Shown: piece by piece, positions 1 through 10,709 of the stretch
Numbering within the stretch: position 1 is the first letter of the stretch
How the letters are laid out: every line of letters begins with the position of its first letter
From: Candidatus Thermofontivivens primus
GTDB taxonomy: Bacteria > Sysuimicrobiota > Sysuimicrobiia > Sysuimicrobiales > Thermofontiviventaceae
DNA: 64,000 nt
Direction of reading: 5' to 3'
NCBI GenBank assembly: GCA_031458695.1
Contig: JAVKJW010000002.1
Coordinates: 32,001-96,000, forward strand
Notes under the pieces: generated by a model
Seen by the model: the letters and a program-made list of their open reading frames with translations, nothing else
Told to the model about the DNA's origin: nothing
The model's database searches: none
Position numbers and translations under genes: made by a program

Positions 1-1
1 G

Positions 2-673
2 GATTTCCCTGGTGCCTTGATGGGAGAGAGGATCCGACTCATCGCCGAGATCAAAGCGGCATCTCCCTCCGGGGGCATCCTCCGAGAGAACATCGATCCT
101 ATTGCCTTGGCTACTGCGTACGTGCGCGGAGGTGCAGCGGCGATCTCGGTGGTCACAGAAAAAAGGTACTTCCGGGGCAGGCCAGAGTACATCCCCCAGG
201 TCAAGCGCGCTGGACCAGCCCCTGTTCTTTTGAAGGACTTCCTCCTCGACACCTACCAGATTTATGAGGCCAGGGTCTTAGGAGCGGATGCAGTGCTGCT
301 CATCGCTGCGATTCTTGCACCGAACGAACTTGCGGAGTTGGTGGCCATCGCGCGGGGGCTCGGAATGGCCCCCCTTGTGGAAGTTCATACTGAGGAGGAA
401 GTGATCAATGCGGTCCAGGCTGGGGCGAGGCTCATCGGCGTGAACTGCCGGGATCTCCGGACGTTCGCCGTGGACCCCCAGGTCGCCGCACGGTTACGCC
501 CATTGATCCCCCCTGGGGTGCTTTCTGTTGCGGAGAGCGGGATCAAGACGCGCCAGGACGTGGAATGGCTGGAGGCGCTGGGGTATCACGCGGTCCTCGT
601 GGGGACCACGCTCGTCACCAGTGTAGATCCAGAGGCAAAGGTGCGGGAGCTCACAGGTGCGCGCGATTTGTGA
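2..673 (+). CDS. trpC: indole-3-glycerol phosphate synthase (5'-partial, runs off left edge)
   Basis: IAEIKAASPSGG, AAISVVTE, KDFLLD.YQIYEAR..GADAVLLI and VAESGI motifs. The frame is open to the window edge (DFPGAL...), so the true start is upstream. Confidence 0.95.
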   Translation, partial: DFPGALMGERIRLIAEIKAASPSGGILRENIDPIALATAYVRGGAAAISVVTEKRYFRGRPEYIPQVKRAGPAPVLLKDFLLDTYQIYEARVLGADAVLLIAAILAPNELAELVAIARGLGMAPLVEVHTEEEVINAVQAGARLIGVNCRDLRTFAVDPQVAARLRPLIPPGVLSVAESGIKTRQDVEWLEALGYHAVLVGTTLVTSVDPEAKVRELTGARDL

Positions 674-685
674 GGAGGGCAGGCA

Positions 686-1375
686 GTGATCCGGATCAAG
701 ATCTGCGGGATTACGACGCCAGAGGCAGCGCGTGTCGCAGCAGAGGCAGGTGCGGATGCCATTGGTCTTGTGTTCGCGCCAAGCCGGAGGAGGGTATCGG
801 TGGAAGAAGCAAAGGCCATCGTGGCTGCTTTGCCCCCATTCGTCTCGCGCGTGGGGGTATTTGTCAACGAGGCACCCGAGCGCATCGCTGCCATTGCCGA
901 TGCGTGTGGGCTGGATGTCCTTCAGCTCCACGGGGATGAGCCTCCCGAAGCGTGCCGGTGGTTCCCACGGAAAGTGATTAAGGCCATCCGGGTGCGGGGG
1001 CCAGAGAGTCTGGAGAGTCTTGCGCGGTACGAGGTAGACGCCTTCCTGCTGGATACGTTCGTCCAGGGAGAAGCTGGTGGGACTGGGCGCACCTTCGACT
1101 GGGAGATCGCCAAGACCGCTAGTGCGCAGTTTCGGGTGATCCTCTCTGGTGGGTTGACCCCGGAGAATGTGCGCGAGGCCCTGGAACTGGTGCGGCCTTA
1201 TGGGGTGGACGTGAGTAGCGGGGTGGAGACGGATGGCTCGAAGGACCCAGAGAAGATCCGGGCTTTTATTGCGGCGGTCCGTGAGTGGGAACACCGCCGG
1301 GTCCTTACACCTTTAATGGAAGAGAGTCCATGGACGCGACGAGGCGAGAGGAATTCAGGGGAGGGGGAAGGATGA
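686..1375 (+). CDS. trpF: phosphoribosylanthranilate isomerase
   Basis: [32 protein letters not shown] and GVDVSSGVE motifs. GAGGAGG RBS before GTG. Confidence 0.95.
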   Translation: MIRIKICGITTPEAARVAAEAGADAIGLVFAPSRRRVSVEEAKAIVAALPPFVSRVGVFVNEAPERIAAIADACGLDVLQLHGDEPPEACRWFPRKVIKAIRVRGPESLESLARYEVDAFLLDTFVQGEAGGTGRTFDWEIAKTASAQFRVILSGGLTPENVREALELVRPYGVDVSSGVETDGSKDPEKIRAFIAAVREWEHRRVLTPLMEESPWTRRGERNSGEGEG

Positions 1376-2595
1376 AGGTGGACACGGGAAGCGAGAGCAC
1401 GCTGCGGGGCAGGTTTGGGCCGTATGGGGGGCGCTATGTCCCGGAGACCGTGATCCCGGCGCTAGAGGAGCTGGAGGCAAGCTATCTCCGCTATCGAGAC
1501 GACCCGGGCTTCCGGGGGGAGCTGGAAGAATACCTCAAGAACTACTGCGGCAGGCCAACGCCTCTCTGGTACGCCCGCAGGCTCACGGAGGCCATTGGGG
1601 GGGCAAGGATCTATCTGAAGCGGGAAGACCTCCTGCACACAGGAGCGCACAAAATCAACAACACCATCGGCCAGGTCTTGCTCGCTGTCAAGATGGGGAA
1701 ACGCAGGGTGATTGCGGAGACCGGAGCCGGGCAGCACGGGGTAGCCACGGCAACAGCTGCTGCCTTGTTCGGGTTGCAGTGTGAGATCTACATGGGCACA
1801 GAGGACATGGTCAGACAGGCTCTGAACGTGACCCGCATGCGGCTTCTCGGAGCAACGGTGCACCCCGTGGACTCTGGAAGCCGTACCCTCAAGGACGCCA
1901 TCAACGAGGCGATGCGGGATTGGGTGACCAACGTCAGGACGACGTTCTATGTCATCGGTTCGGTTGTCGGCCCCCACCCCTACCCGATGATCGTGCGCGA
2001 CTTCCAGGCAGTGATCGGGCGAGAGGCACGCGCCCAGATCCTTGCAGAAGCAGGGCGTCTCCCTGACTATGTGATTGCCTGTGTGGGCGGTGGGAGCAAC
2101 GCCATTGGGCTGTTCAGCGGGTTCCTGGACGCGGAGGAGGTACGTCTCGTGGGGGTGGAGGCGGGCGGGGAGGGGTTGGAGACGGGCCGCCACGCGGCTA
2201 CCCTGTGCGTGGGGAGCCCGGGGGTGCTCCATGGGGCCTATACCTACCTCCTCCAGGACGAGCACGGGCAGATCCTGGAGACCCACTCGGTTTCCGCAGG
2301 GCTGGATTATCCCGGCGTCGGTCCCGAACACAGCTTCCTCAAGGATTCTGGGAGGGCCACGTACGTCGCCGTGACCGACACACAGGCCCTTGAGGCATTC
2401 CAGCTTCTGGGCACGACAGAGGGAATCCTCCCGGCGCTGGAACCTGCACATGCCCTAGCCTACGCGTGTGCGTTGGCTTCCCGTCTCCCGCGCGAGGCCA
2501 TCATCCTCGTGGGGCTCTCAGGGCGCGGAGACAAGGATGTGGAGGTGGCGAGCAAAGCCCTCTTCCACGAGGTACATCAGGAGAGCGGGAGGTGA
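1372..2595 (+). CDS. trpB: tryptophan synthase beta chain
   Basis: [26 protein letters not shown] (PLP lysine), ETGAGQHG and [12 protein letters not shown] at 1372 overlaps the trpF stop (ATGA). Confidence 0.97.
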   Translation: MKVDTGSESTLRGRFGPYGGRYVPETVIPALEELEASYLRYRDDPGFRGELEEYLKNYCGRPTPLWYARRLTEAIGGARIYLKREDLLHTGAHKINNTIGQVLLAVKMGKRRVIAETGAGQHGVATATAAALFGLQCEIYMGTEDMVRQALNVTRMRLLGATVHPVDSGSRTLKDAINEAMRDWVTNVRTTFYVIGSVVGPHPYPMIVRDFQAVIGREARAQILAEAGRLPDYVIACVGGGSNAIGLFSGFLDAEEVRLVGVEAGGEGLETGRHAATLCVGSPGVLHGAYTYLLQDEHGQILETHSVSAGLDYPGVGPEHSFLKDSGRATYVAVTDTQALEAFQLLGTTEGILPALEPAHALAYACALASRLPREAIILVGLSGRGDKDVEVASKALFHEVHQESGR

Positions 2596-2603
2596 GGGAG
2601 AGG

Positions 2604-3422
2604 ATGAGCCGGATTCGGGAGACGTTCACACGGCTTCGCGCGGCCGGGAGGATCGCACTCATCCCCTTTGTCATGGCAGGGGACCCCGATTTGGGGACGA
2701 CTGAAGAACTCCTCCCGAAACTCGTGGAGGCGGGTGCAGACCTCATCGAGGTAGGCATTCCCTTCTCAGATCCCATCGCCGATGGACCAGTAAACCAGCG
2801 GGCAGCCCAGCGTGCCCTGGCAGCAGGTGCGACGCCCAGGGAGATCCTCGCGCTGTGCAGGCGTATCCGGGAGAGAACCGACGTTCCGCTCATTCTCCTC
2901 TCCTACTACAACCCCCTGCTCCGCTATGGGGTCGCCCCCTTCTGTAGGGATGCCCGCAACGCTGGGGTTGACGGCTTGGTGGTTCCAGACCTCCCTCCCG
3001 ACGAGGCTGGGGAGCTCGTGGCGGCAGCCAGGGATTCAGGTTTGGACACCGTCTTCCTCGCGGCTCCGACGAGTACAGAGGAGCGTATCGAGCTGGTGTG
3101 CCGCTTGGCCTCGGGGTTCGTCTACTGCGTTTCCCTGACAGGCGTGACAGGACCGCGGCGGGAAATCAACAAGGAGGCCATCACGCTTCTTGCACGCCTG
3201 AGAGAAAGGACTTCCCTTCCTCTCGTCCTTGGGTTTGGCATTTCCACACCTGCCCAGGTGAGGGAAGTGGCGAAATACGCGGATGGGGTCATTGTGGGGA
3301 GCGCCCTGATCCAAGCCATGGAGGAGGCTGGGCCGCAGGGAATCGAAGCTGCCATGCGCTTCCTCTCCCAGTTCCGGCAGGCTCTCAACCTCACCCCCTC
3401 TACCCCCAGCGAGGTGATGTGA
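2604..3422 (+). CDS. trpA: tryptophan synthase alpha chain
   Basis: EVGIPFSDPIADGP, SYYNP, VPDLPP and LGFGIS motifs. ATG at 2604 follows GGGAGAGG. Confidence 0.96.
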   Translation: MSRIRETFTRLRAAGRIALIPFVMAGDPDLGTTEELLPKLVEAGADLIEVGIPFSDPIADGPVNQRAAQRALAAGATPREILALCRRIRERTDVPLILLSYYNPLLRYGVAPFCRDARNAGVDGLVVPDLPPDEAGELVAAARDSGLDTVFLAAPTSTEERIELVCRLASGFVYCVSLTGVTGPRREINKEAITLLARLRERTSLPLVLGFGISTPAQVREVAKYADGVIVGSALIQAMEEAGPQGIEAAMRFLSQFRQALNLTPSTPSEVM

Positions 3423-3558
3423 AGAAACCCATTGGACGTCGAAAGAGGTTTTGCTGGCATGCTGAAGAGCCTCTGACCGAGGAAGGATTCCTCTGCCCTA
3501 CCCCAAAACATCCCTATGGACTCCCTGCTCTCCTGGGAGATGGAGGTTCCCTCTCACA

Positions 3559-4356
3559 ATGCTCGAGGTGCACGATCAAGGTGAAGTCATCGCTGTACGC
3601 ATGGCTCGTGCGGTGCTAGGGCGGCCCCTGTACTTTTGTTATGCCTTTCTGGTCAACGGCCTGCTTATCGATACAGGTCTCAGCCATGTCTGTGGTGCGT
3701 TTCAACGCTTCCTCCGGAAGTACCATGTGGAGCAGGTTGTGATCACCCATCACCATGAGGATCACTCGGGGAACGCCTGGGTTGCCAACGCCCTGGGTTT
3801 TCTCCCATACGCCCATCCTCGTTGTGTGGAGATCCTCGCCACGGGTTTCCCCCTCCAGCTCTACCGTCATTTGATCTGGGGACCTGTCCGTCCGGCAAGG
3901 TGCCAGCCTATTCCCGCAAAGATCCAGGCGGGGAGGTACTCTTTCCAGGTGCTCCATGCCCCAGGCCACAGCGAGGACATGGTGGTCCTTCTGGAGCAGG
4001 AAAGGGGGTGGCTCTTCTCCAGCGACCTGTTCCTCTCCCGCCGGCTCTTGTATCTCCAACCCGAGGAGGATATCTATCAGCTCATGGCTTCATTAGACCA
4101 CGTCCTCCGCTATGGGTTTACTACCGTCTTCTGCAGCCACAGGGGACGCCTGGACCAGGGGAAGGAGGCCCTCCAGGCCAAGTTGGATCACCTCCGGGAG
4201 CTCGAGGCGGCCGTAAAGGACCTGAGGGCGAGGGGATGGGATGAAGAGGCAATCACCAGGAGGCTCCTCGGCCGGGAGGGGTGGATGACTTGGCTCACAG
4301 GAGGGCACTTCTCCAAGCGAAATCTGATTCGCGCATTTTTGAGATCAACGAGATGA
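3559..4356 (+). CDS. MBL-fold metallo-hydrolase
   Basis: LIDTG, THHHEDHSG (HxHxDH), PGHS and SDL motifs. GGAGG RBS. Confidence 0.85.
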   Translation: MLEVHDQGEVIAVRMARAVLGRPLYFCYAFLVNGLLIDTGLSHVCGAFQRFLRKYHVEQVVITHHHEDHSGNAWVANALGFLPYAHPRCVEILATGFPLQLYRHLIWGPVRPARCQPIPAKIQAGRYSFQVLHAPGHSEDMVVLLEQERGWLFSSDLFLSRRLLYLQPEEDIYQLMASLDHVLRYGFTTVFCSHRGRLDQGKEALQAKLDHLRELEAAVKDLRARGWDEEAITRRLLGREGWMTWLTGGHFSKRNLIRAFLRSTR

Positions 4357-4383
4357 TCGCACCCGAGGATCCATAAGCCCACC

Positions 4384-4872
4384 ATGCCCCAGGTCCATCT
4401 CCGTACCCTCTGCTTTATCCGAGACGGAGATCGAGTCCTCCTGATCCGCCGTACTCACCCTCCCAACGTGGGGATGTTCAATGCGGTGGGAGGGAAGATC
4501 GAGCCCGGGGAGAATCCTTACCAGGCCTGCCTGCGGGAAGTAAAAGAGGAGACGGGCCTCTCCCTTCAGAAGGCATCGCTCCGTGCTATTGTGACTGTGC
4601 TCGTCCTGGAGACGCTGGACCGGTGGATCCTGTTCACCTACATCGCGGAGCGCCCGCCAGGCCAGGAGGTAGTCCCCTCTCTCGAGGGGTCGCTCCAGTG
4701 GGTTCCCCTGGAGAAAGTTCCTACGTTGCCTGTGCCTCCGGATATACCCCTCCTTCTTCCATACCTGTTCAAAGAAGGAGCGGTCGTCTTTGTGAAGGTC
4801 ATGTACGCAAGGGAGGAGAACCCTACACCGCTCTACGCGATGATCTCTTCCCATCCCCTGCGTCGCCTCTAG
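4384..4872 (+). CDS. NUDIX hydrolase (MutT/MTH1-like)
   Basis: Canonical Nudix box GGKIEPGENPYQACLREVKEETGL. Confidence 0.85.
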   Translation: MPQVHLRTLCFIRDGDRVLLIRRTHPPNVGMFNAVGGKIEPGENPYQACLREVKEETGLSLQKASLRAIVTVLVLETLDRWILFTYIAERPPGQEVVPSLEGSLQWVPLEKVPTLPVPPDIPLLLPYLFKEGAVVFVKVMYAREENPTPLYAMISSHPLRRL

Positions 4873-5071
4873 TCCATTTGGAGGATACCCACCCCTTCCT
4901 CCTCCGGGTATAATAAAACTAGATCCATCAAGTTCCACCTATTGGCAAATTTTATATCTCATCTGCCCACGGACAGTCTTTAGGGGAAAATGCCTTGATC
5001 GCACTGCCTGCAGCGGGTCCGAAAACCCTTGGCAGTTTTAAGAGTACGGAGCTAAGTGGGGGTGAGGCAGG

Positions 5072-5323
5072 ATGCCTTTCATCGGGGACGAGATTCTCGC
5101 AGCGCAGGTCAAGGCGGCAATTTCGATGTGTACCTCCATTGGGATTGAGCCCATCAGGGTGAAGGCGAAGGACAGGGTCGTCATCCTCGCCGGGAGTGTG
5201 CAGACGCTTGAGCAGCGCGAGTGGGCCGAACGCATCGCGGCGGGGATCCCAGGTGTGCGGGGGGTCATCAACTCTTTGCTGGTTCGTGAACCTGAGGGCT
5301 CCTCCACTTTGGGAGCAGCCTGA
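5072..5323 (+). CDS. single BON-domain small protein
   Basis: D..LAAQVKAA...IRV.AKDRVVIL.GSV...EQREWAERIA..IPGVRGVINSL is the BON pattern. GGTGAGG RBS. Confidence 0.8.
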   Translation: MPFIGDEILAAQVKAAISMCTSIGIEPIRVKAKDRVVILAGSVQTLEQREWAERIAAGIPGVRGVINSLLVREPEGSSTLGAA

Positions 5324-5492
5324 CCCACCTCCTGACCATTTCCACCAATCCCCAATTTCCCAGTACCCCGACAAAAGTTCTTGACTTTCTCCGGCGCCAG
5401 TGGGAGGAATTTTCCCTGGACATCGCGAACCTCGGGGTCTAGCTTTTGCTCTCATTTTCTGGATAGAAACCCTGGACCTGAGGTGATCGCGG

Positions 5493-7958
5493 GTGCGCTT
5501 CGAGACGAACTATGGCGGTTTCTCAGAGGACGGGCAGGAATACATCATCAAAACCTGGGATGTCCCCCGACCCTGGATCAACTACCTCACCAATGGGAGG
5601 TTTTGTTCCCTCGTCTCCCAAACAGGAGGGGGGTATGCCTTTTTAGAGAGTTCAGGGTACCACCGCCTGACCAGGGGAGATCCCCAGGACATGGTGCTCG
5701 CCGACCCGCTGGGGCGGTATATCTACCTCTACGACCGAGAAACGGGACAGTGGTGGCGTCTCACCGGTCCCCAGGTTGGATACCCCGTGGAGCGATGGGA
5801 GACACGCCATGGCTTCGGATATACCCAGATCCTCCACCGCCAGCGGGGGATCGAGGGGACCGTTACCTTCTTCGTCCCCCTTGAGGACGACGTGGAGGTT
5901 TGGATGGTCCATCTGGCCAATATTGGGGACCGGCCTCGCCAGTTGAGCCTCTTCACCTACGTGGATTGGTGCCTTGGAGACTACCAGGCGGACCTCCTCG
6001 AGGCAGAGTTTAACAAGCTCTTCAACGTGAGCTTCGTGGAAGAAGGTATCCTCTATGCCACGAAGAGACTGTGGAGTATCCCCATGCGCGGCGGTGCGAG
6101 GCCCAACCTAGCGTGGGACAGGTATGCCTTCATGGCTGCCTCCTTCGAGGCCACGGGATTCGACCTTATCAAGGAACGCTTCATTGGCCGCTATCGTTCC
6201 GTCTGGAACCCCTTGGCGGTCGAGCGTGGGCAGTGCACCAACTCCGCAGGGAATGGCCAGGACCTCATCGCCGCGCTCCAGACAGAGATCACCCTGGATC
6301 CCCAAGAGACTTTTGCGTTCACCGTCCTTGTAGGGTCTGTCCCTGTGGGGAACCACGGGAAAGCGGCTGCGCTGCGCAAGAAGTACACGTGGGAGGGAGC
6401 AGAGGCAGAGCTTGCCCGGGTGCGGGAGAGCTGGAAGGAGTACATGGGCCGGGTCACCGTCGAGACACCCGACGATGCCTTCAACCTCTCGGTGAACTAC
6501 TGGAACAAGTACCAGGCGTGGATCACCTTCCACTGGGCACGTATGGACAGTTACTACGTCGGTGGAGGGTCCATCATCGGGTTCCGGGATAGCTGCCAGG
6601 ACATCCTCGGGGTCCTTCCCCATGATCCGCACAAGGCCGTGGAGCACCTCAAGTACATTGCGCGCCACCAATTCCGAAACGGCGGGTGTCTTCACAACTG
6701 GGACCCGGTGACCGATCTCGGGGTGGTGAGCGGGCATTCCGACGATCCCCTCTGGCTGGTTCTCGCCATCCTGTTTACGGTGAAGGAGGTGGGGGATCTC
6801 TCCCTTCTCGATACTGTGGTCGAGTTTTATGACGAGGGGAGCGGCTCCCTCTGGGAACACCTCACCCGCGCCCTCGAGTATGTGATGGCCAGGATCAGCC
6901 CTCGTGGGATCCCCCTCATTGGGGCTGGGGACTGGAACGATGCCCTCGATCATGTGGGGGTGGAAGGCCGGGGGGAGAGCACAATGGTTGCCGAACACCT
7001 CTGCTGGATGCTCCGGGAGGTGGCCGATCTGGCAGAGCGCCGCGGGGAGATCGAGCTGGCCCAGGTCTACGGGAGGATCTACAGAAAGGTCAAGGACGCG
7101 GTGAACACCTATCTCTGGGACGGAGAGTGGTACATCCGGGCCACGCGAGATGACGGGCTTCCCCTGGGGAGCCGGGAGTGCAAGGAAGGGAGGATCTACC
7201 TGAATGCCCAGAGCTGGGCGGTTATCAGCGGGATTGCTGAAGGGGAGCGCGCTCTCCGGTGCATGGATGCCGTGGCCGAACACCTGGATACTCCCTATGG
7301 TCCGGCACTCTTCCTCCCCGCCTACCACGAGCCGGACCCGGCCATTGGCATCATCACCCGCTTCTCTCCTGGGACGAAGGAGAACGGGGCCATCTTCAAC
7401 CACCCGGTGTGCTGGGCGGTGATCGCAGAGTGCCTGTTGGGGCGGGGCGATCGGGCCTACGAGTTGTGGAGGAAGACATCGTTCATCTACCGGGGCTTGG
7501 ATCCGGACCGGTACAAGGTAGAACCCTACGTCTACGCGGAATATGTCCACGGGCCGGACTCCCCTTCGTTTGGGATGGGAGAATTCACCTGGACCACGGG
7601 CACAGCGGCCTGGATGTGGAGAGCGTGCCTGGACTGGATCCTTGGTGTTCAGCCCGCGTTCGAAGGGCTCCGGTTGAACCCGTGTATCCCGTTCCACTGG
7701 AAGCGGTTTCGAGTCCGACGTCCCTTCCGGGGAGCAATCTACGAGATCGAAGTCCAGAACCCCAAGGGCTTGAATACGGGGATCCACAAGATCCGTGTAG
7801 ACGGAAAAGAGATCGAGGGGAACCTCGTTCCGGATTTCCGGGATGGGAGGGTTCATCAGGTGCACGCAGTATTGAGTGGCTCCAGTAAAGGCTCTTTCCA
7901 AGATTTGGCTCGGGACTCCGGGACCTCCTCGAAAGCAGCCCTCCGGAAACGTTCTTGA
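5493..7958 (+). CDS. GH94 glycoside phosphorylase (cellobiose/chitobiose phosphorylase family)
   Basis: PRPWINYL, GFRDSCQD, SDDPLWL, GDWND (catalytic Asp), GTKENGAIFNH, YKVEPYVY and TGTAAW motifs. GAGGTG RBS. Confidence 0.9.
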   Translation: MRFETNYGGFSEDGQEYIIKTWDVPRPWINYLTNGRFCSLVSQTGGGYAFLESSGYHRLTRGDPQDMVLADPLGRYIYLYDRETGQWWRLTGPQVGYPVERWETRHGFGYTQILHRQRGIEGTVTFFVPLEDDVEVWMVHLANIGDRPRQLSLFTYVDWCLGDYQADLLEAEFNKLFNVSFVEEGILYATKRLWSIPMRGGARPNLAWDRYAFMAASFEATGFDLIKERFIGRYRSVWNPLAVERGQCTNSAGNGQDLIAALQTEITLDPQETFAFTVLVGSVPVGNHGKAAALRKKYTWEGAEAELARVRESWKEYMGRVTVETPDDAFNLSVNYWNKYQAWITFHWARMDSYYVGGGSIIGFRDSCQDILGVLPHDPHKAVEHLKYIARHQFRNGGCLHNWDPVTDLGVVSGHSDDPLWLVLAILFTVKEVGDLSLLDTVVEFYDEGSGSLWEHLTRALEYVMARISPRGIPLIGAGDWNDALDHVGVEGRGESTMVAEHLCWMLREVADLAERRGEIELAQVYGRIYRKVKDAVNTYLWDGEWYIRATRDDGLPLGSRECKEGRIYLNAQSWAVISGIAEGERALRCMDAVAEHLDTPYGPALFLPAYHEPDPAIGIITRFSPGTKENGAIFNHPVCWAVIAECLLGRGDRAYELWRKTSFIYRGLDPDRYKVEPYVYAEYVHGPDSPSFGMGEFTWTTGTAAWMWRACLDWILGVQPAFEGLRLNPCIPFHWKRFRVRRPFRGAIYEIEVQNPKGLNTGIHKIRVDGKEIEGNLVPDFRDGRVHQVHAVLSGSSKGSFQDLARDSGTSSKAALRKRS

Positions 7959-7978
7959 GGTCCCCCGAGGGAGGAAGA

Positions 7979-8581
7979 ATGAGCTCCGAAGAGGTGCTGG
8001 TCGTCTCTCGGGAACGTCTCTTTGTGCACGGTCCCTTCCACGGGCTATGCAGAGAGGGTCTTCAGGACTACCTGCAGGCGATCCAGGCTCACGGGGAGTT
8101 CCGTCGGCGCGACCTTGTCGAGGATGACCCTTCCTACAAACAGATCATCCCCTACCTGGTGGTGCATCGCAACCGGGAAATCTTCCTCTTCCGCCGCTTG
8201 GACCAGGGGGATGAAGCCCGGCTCGTTGGACGGTACTCCATTGGTGTGGGTGGGCACATCAACCGGGAGGATGTGGAAGGGTCGGAAGATGTGATCCTGG
8301 CTGGGCTCAGGCGTGAACTGTTAGAAGAGCTCCACATCGAAGGGGAGTGGAGGGCGGATCTTCTGGGGGTCCTCAACGATGACACAGAACCTGTGGGCCA
8401 GGTGCACTTCGGTCTTGTCTATTTTATCGATGTAGGAGATGCCCGTGTTTCCGTGCGGGAGGTAGATCGGTTGGAAGGAGAGTTTGTGGCCGTGGAGATG
8501 CTGGAGCGGTATCGGGAAGGCATGGAAAGCTGGTCCCGTCTCATCTTGGAAAGGGTGGACCTTCGAAAAATAGAGAGGTAA
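7979..8581 (+). CDS. NUDIX-family predicted phosphoesterase (COG4112-like)
   Basis: EDDPSYKQIIPY, SIGVGGHIN, RELLEEL and VGQVHFG motifs. ATG at 7979 follows GAGGGAGG. Confidence 0.8.
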   Translation: MSSEEVLVVSRERLFVHGPFHGLCREGLQDYLQAIQAHGEFRRRDLVEDDPSYKQIIPYLVVHRNREIFLFRRLDQGDEARLVGRYSIGVGGHINREDVEGSEDVILAGLRRELLEELHIEGEWRADLLGVLNDDTEPVGQVHFGLVYFIDVGDARVSVREVDRLEGEFVAVEMLERYREGMESWSRLILERVDLRKIER

Positions 8582-8582
8582 G

Positions 8583-9524
8583 GTGGGGAAGACTCTAGAG
8601 GTGATCAACGCCATTGACAAAACTGAGGTTGTTGTAGAAGCGCCTTCTGGCTATGACCTCAGGCGTACGCTGACCTGCGGGCAGGCTTTTCGCTGGCGCT
8701 GGGCAGGGGATGTGGCGACAGGGATCGTGGGGAAGGCTATGGTGGAGGCTCGGCAGCAGGGGCGGATGGTCTTCCTGCAGGTGAATCCCGGGACTGCGCT
8801 CCCGGCCGTCCTCCACTACCTTGCTCTGGATGAACCTCTCCACGCAATTGAGGAGGAACTCTCACACGACAAGGTCCTCCGTGCACTCCTTCCGAAGACC
8901 TCCGGGATCGTCCTGTTGCGCCAAGACCCCTGGGAGTGCTTGGTGAGCTACGTCCTCTCCAGCTGGAACAACATCCCAAAGATCACCTATTCCCTGGAAA
9001 GGCTGGCCAGGGAGCTTGGGTCACAGCTTGCCCCAGGGTTCTATTCCCTCCCAGGTCCTGATGTGCTTGCGAGGGCATCCCACGAAGTCCTCCAGAGGTG
9101 CTCCGTGGGATACCGCGCATCTTACCTCCAGGGGATTGCCCGGGCGGTGGCAGAAGGGGAGATCGCGCTCCACAGGATCGGGGAAAGGCCGTTCCAGGAA
9201 TCCCGGGATGCGCTCCTGCGCCTTCCAGGGGTGGGCCAGAAGGTTGCCGACTGCGTTCTTTTATTCGCGTATGGATACAAAGAAGCGTTTCCTGTGGACG
9301 TCTGGGTGAAGAGGGCGGTTGAGCTTCTTTACTTCAACGGGCGGGTGCTGCGACTACGGGAGATCCAGGAATTCGCCAAAGAGAAGTTTGGCCCTCTCGC
9401 AGGGTACGCCCAACAGCACCTATTTACGTATGCGAGGATTTTCCTCCGTGGCCCCAATCCTCTTATGAGCCCACTGGAGGAAGTCAGGGAAGGACTTCAA
9501 CCGTCCCATCGCCAACGCGGATGA
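8583..9524 (+). CDS. 8-oxoguanine DNA glycosylase (OGG1-like, HhH-GPD)
   Basis: TLTCGQAFRW, LRQDPWECLVS, HhH motif LPGVGQKVADC, FPVDVW and AGYAQQHLF. Confidence 0.9.
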   Translation: MGKTLEVINAIDKTEVVVEAPSGYDLRRTLTCGQAFRWRWAGDVATGIVGKAMVEARQQGRMVFLQVNPGTALPAVLHYLALDEPLHAIEEELSHDKVLRALLPKTSGIVLLRQDPWECLVSYVLSSWNNIPKITYSLERLARELGSQLAPGFYSLPGPDVLARASHEVLQRCSVGYRASYLQGIARAVAEGEIALHRIGERPFQESRDALLRLPGVGQKVADCVLLFAYGYKEAFPVDVWVKRAVELLYFNGRVLRLREIQEFAKEKFGPLAGYAQQHLFTYARIFLRGPNPLMSPLEEVREGLQPSHRQRG

Positions 9525-10533
9525 TCTCCCCGATGCGCCAGGCGTTGACGTCCCTCTGCTGGAGGGCCGTGGCGAAGGCTTCCGCCCTGGCCTTTGGTAC
9601 CGCAACGAGAAGGCCTCCGGAGGTCTGGGCATCGTAGAGGAGGATCTGCTCCTCTTTCTCAATCGCCGGGTGCCAGCGCACCTTCTCCCGCAGGAAGTCC
9701 CTGTTCCGGTAGGTCCCCTCAGGGATTATTCCTTCCCTGGCGAGCATGCGGGCTTCTCCCAGGACGGGGATGCGGCTGTGGAAGAGGACGGCGCACACTC
9801 GGCTCGACGTCGTCATCTCGATGAGATGACCAAGGAGCCCGTATCCCGAGATGTCGGTACACGCGGATGCCCCAATCCCCACCATCGCTTCACTGGCCTG
9901 GCGGTTTAGGGTTGCCATGATCCGCGTTGCCGTCTCGACGGTCTCTGGCGAGGTCTTCCCATGCTTGATCCCCGTGGTGATGATCCCCATTCCCAGAGGT
10001 TTGGTGAGGAAGAGGACATCTCCGGGCTTGGCTCCCGCCTTCGTGATCAAGCGGGTGGGGTGGACAATTCCGACCACAGCCATCCCGTACTTTGGCTCAG
10101 GGTCGTCGAGGGTATGGCCGCCAATGACTACTACGCCAGCTTCCTTGGCTTTCTCCGCGCCCCCTCTCAGGATCTCCCCCGCGATGTCGAGGGGGAATGC
10201 TCCTCGGGGGAAGGCGAGGATGTTCAGGGCAAGGAGGGGACGGCCACCCTTGGCGTAGACATCGCTGAAAGCATTCGCTGCAGCGATCGCCCCGTAGCTC
10301 CTCGGGTCATCCACCACCGGGGTAAACACATCTACGGTGAACACAACTGCCACCTCACCCGTGAGACGGTATACCCCCGCGTCGTCAGCGTTCTGGAGCC
10401 CCAGGAGGATGTTGGGGTCGCTGAACTCAGGGAGATAGCGCAGCAATTGGGCTAGGTCCGCCGGACCCAGCTTGGAAGCTCAACCTGCGCAGGCGACCAT
10501 CGTTGTGAGCCGGATCCGTTCCCGCTCGGTCAT
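9484..10533 (-). CDS. selD: selenophosphate synthetase (selenide, water dikinase), selenoprotein with Sec at codon 18
   Basis: ATG at 10533 follows AGGAGG and reads MTERERIRLTTMVACAG-UGA-ASKLGPADLAQLL into the 320-aa ORF (DDAGVY, FTPVVDDP, GGHT, TKPLG, DAQTSGGLL). The UGA at 10482-10480 is at the catalytic Cys/Sec position. Confidence 0.95.
10451..10471 (-). promoter_or_regulatory. putative bacterial SECIS hairpin of selD
   Basis: On the mRNA, 8 nt after UGA: GCUGGGUCC-GGC-GGACCUAGC, a 9-bp stem (one G.U) with a G-containing apical loop. Confidence 0.7.
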
Positions 10534-10709
10534 CTGGGTACCTCCTACGTGGGTTCCTCGTTCGCAAGGAACGCTTCCCCCAGCGTAATGACGGAGAGGA
10601 TTTTGCTGGGGCTTAATTCCGCAAAACAAGCCTAAATCCCTCTTGATCCCCCTTCCGCTCTCTCCTACGGCCTGATATTATGGATGGGTGGAACAGGGGG
10701 GATGGGGCG

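Noticed and set aside
4873..5071. c-di-GMP or c-di-AMP riboswitch upstream of the BON gene
   Set aside because: GGCAAA and a small hairpin are present, but the rest of either consensus is not.
6108..7901. 597-aa antisense ORF, and similar long shadow ORFs (1462-2451, 45773-46816, 48775-50007, 51771-52658)
   Set aside because: They lie opposite well-supported genes and show no motifs. Such ORFs are expected in GC-rich coding DNA.
10480..10482. selD as a pseudogene with a premature stop
   Set aside because: The UGA falls exactly on the catalytic Cys/Sec position, is followed by a SECIS-like hairpin, and the rest of the gene is intact.
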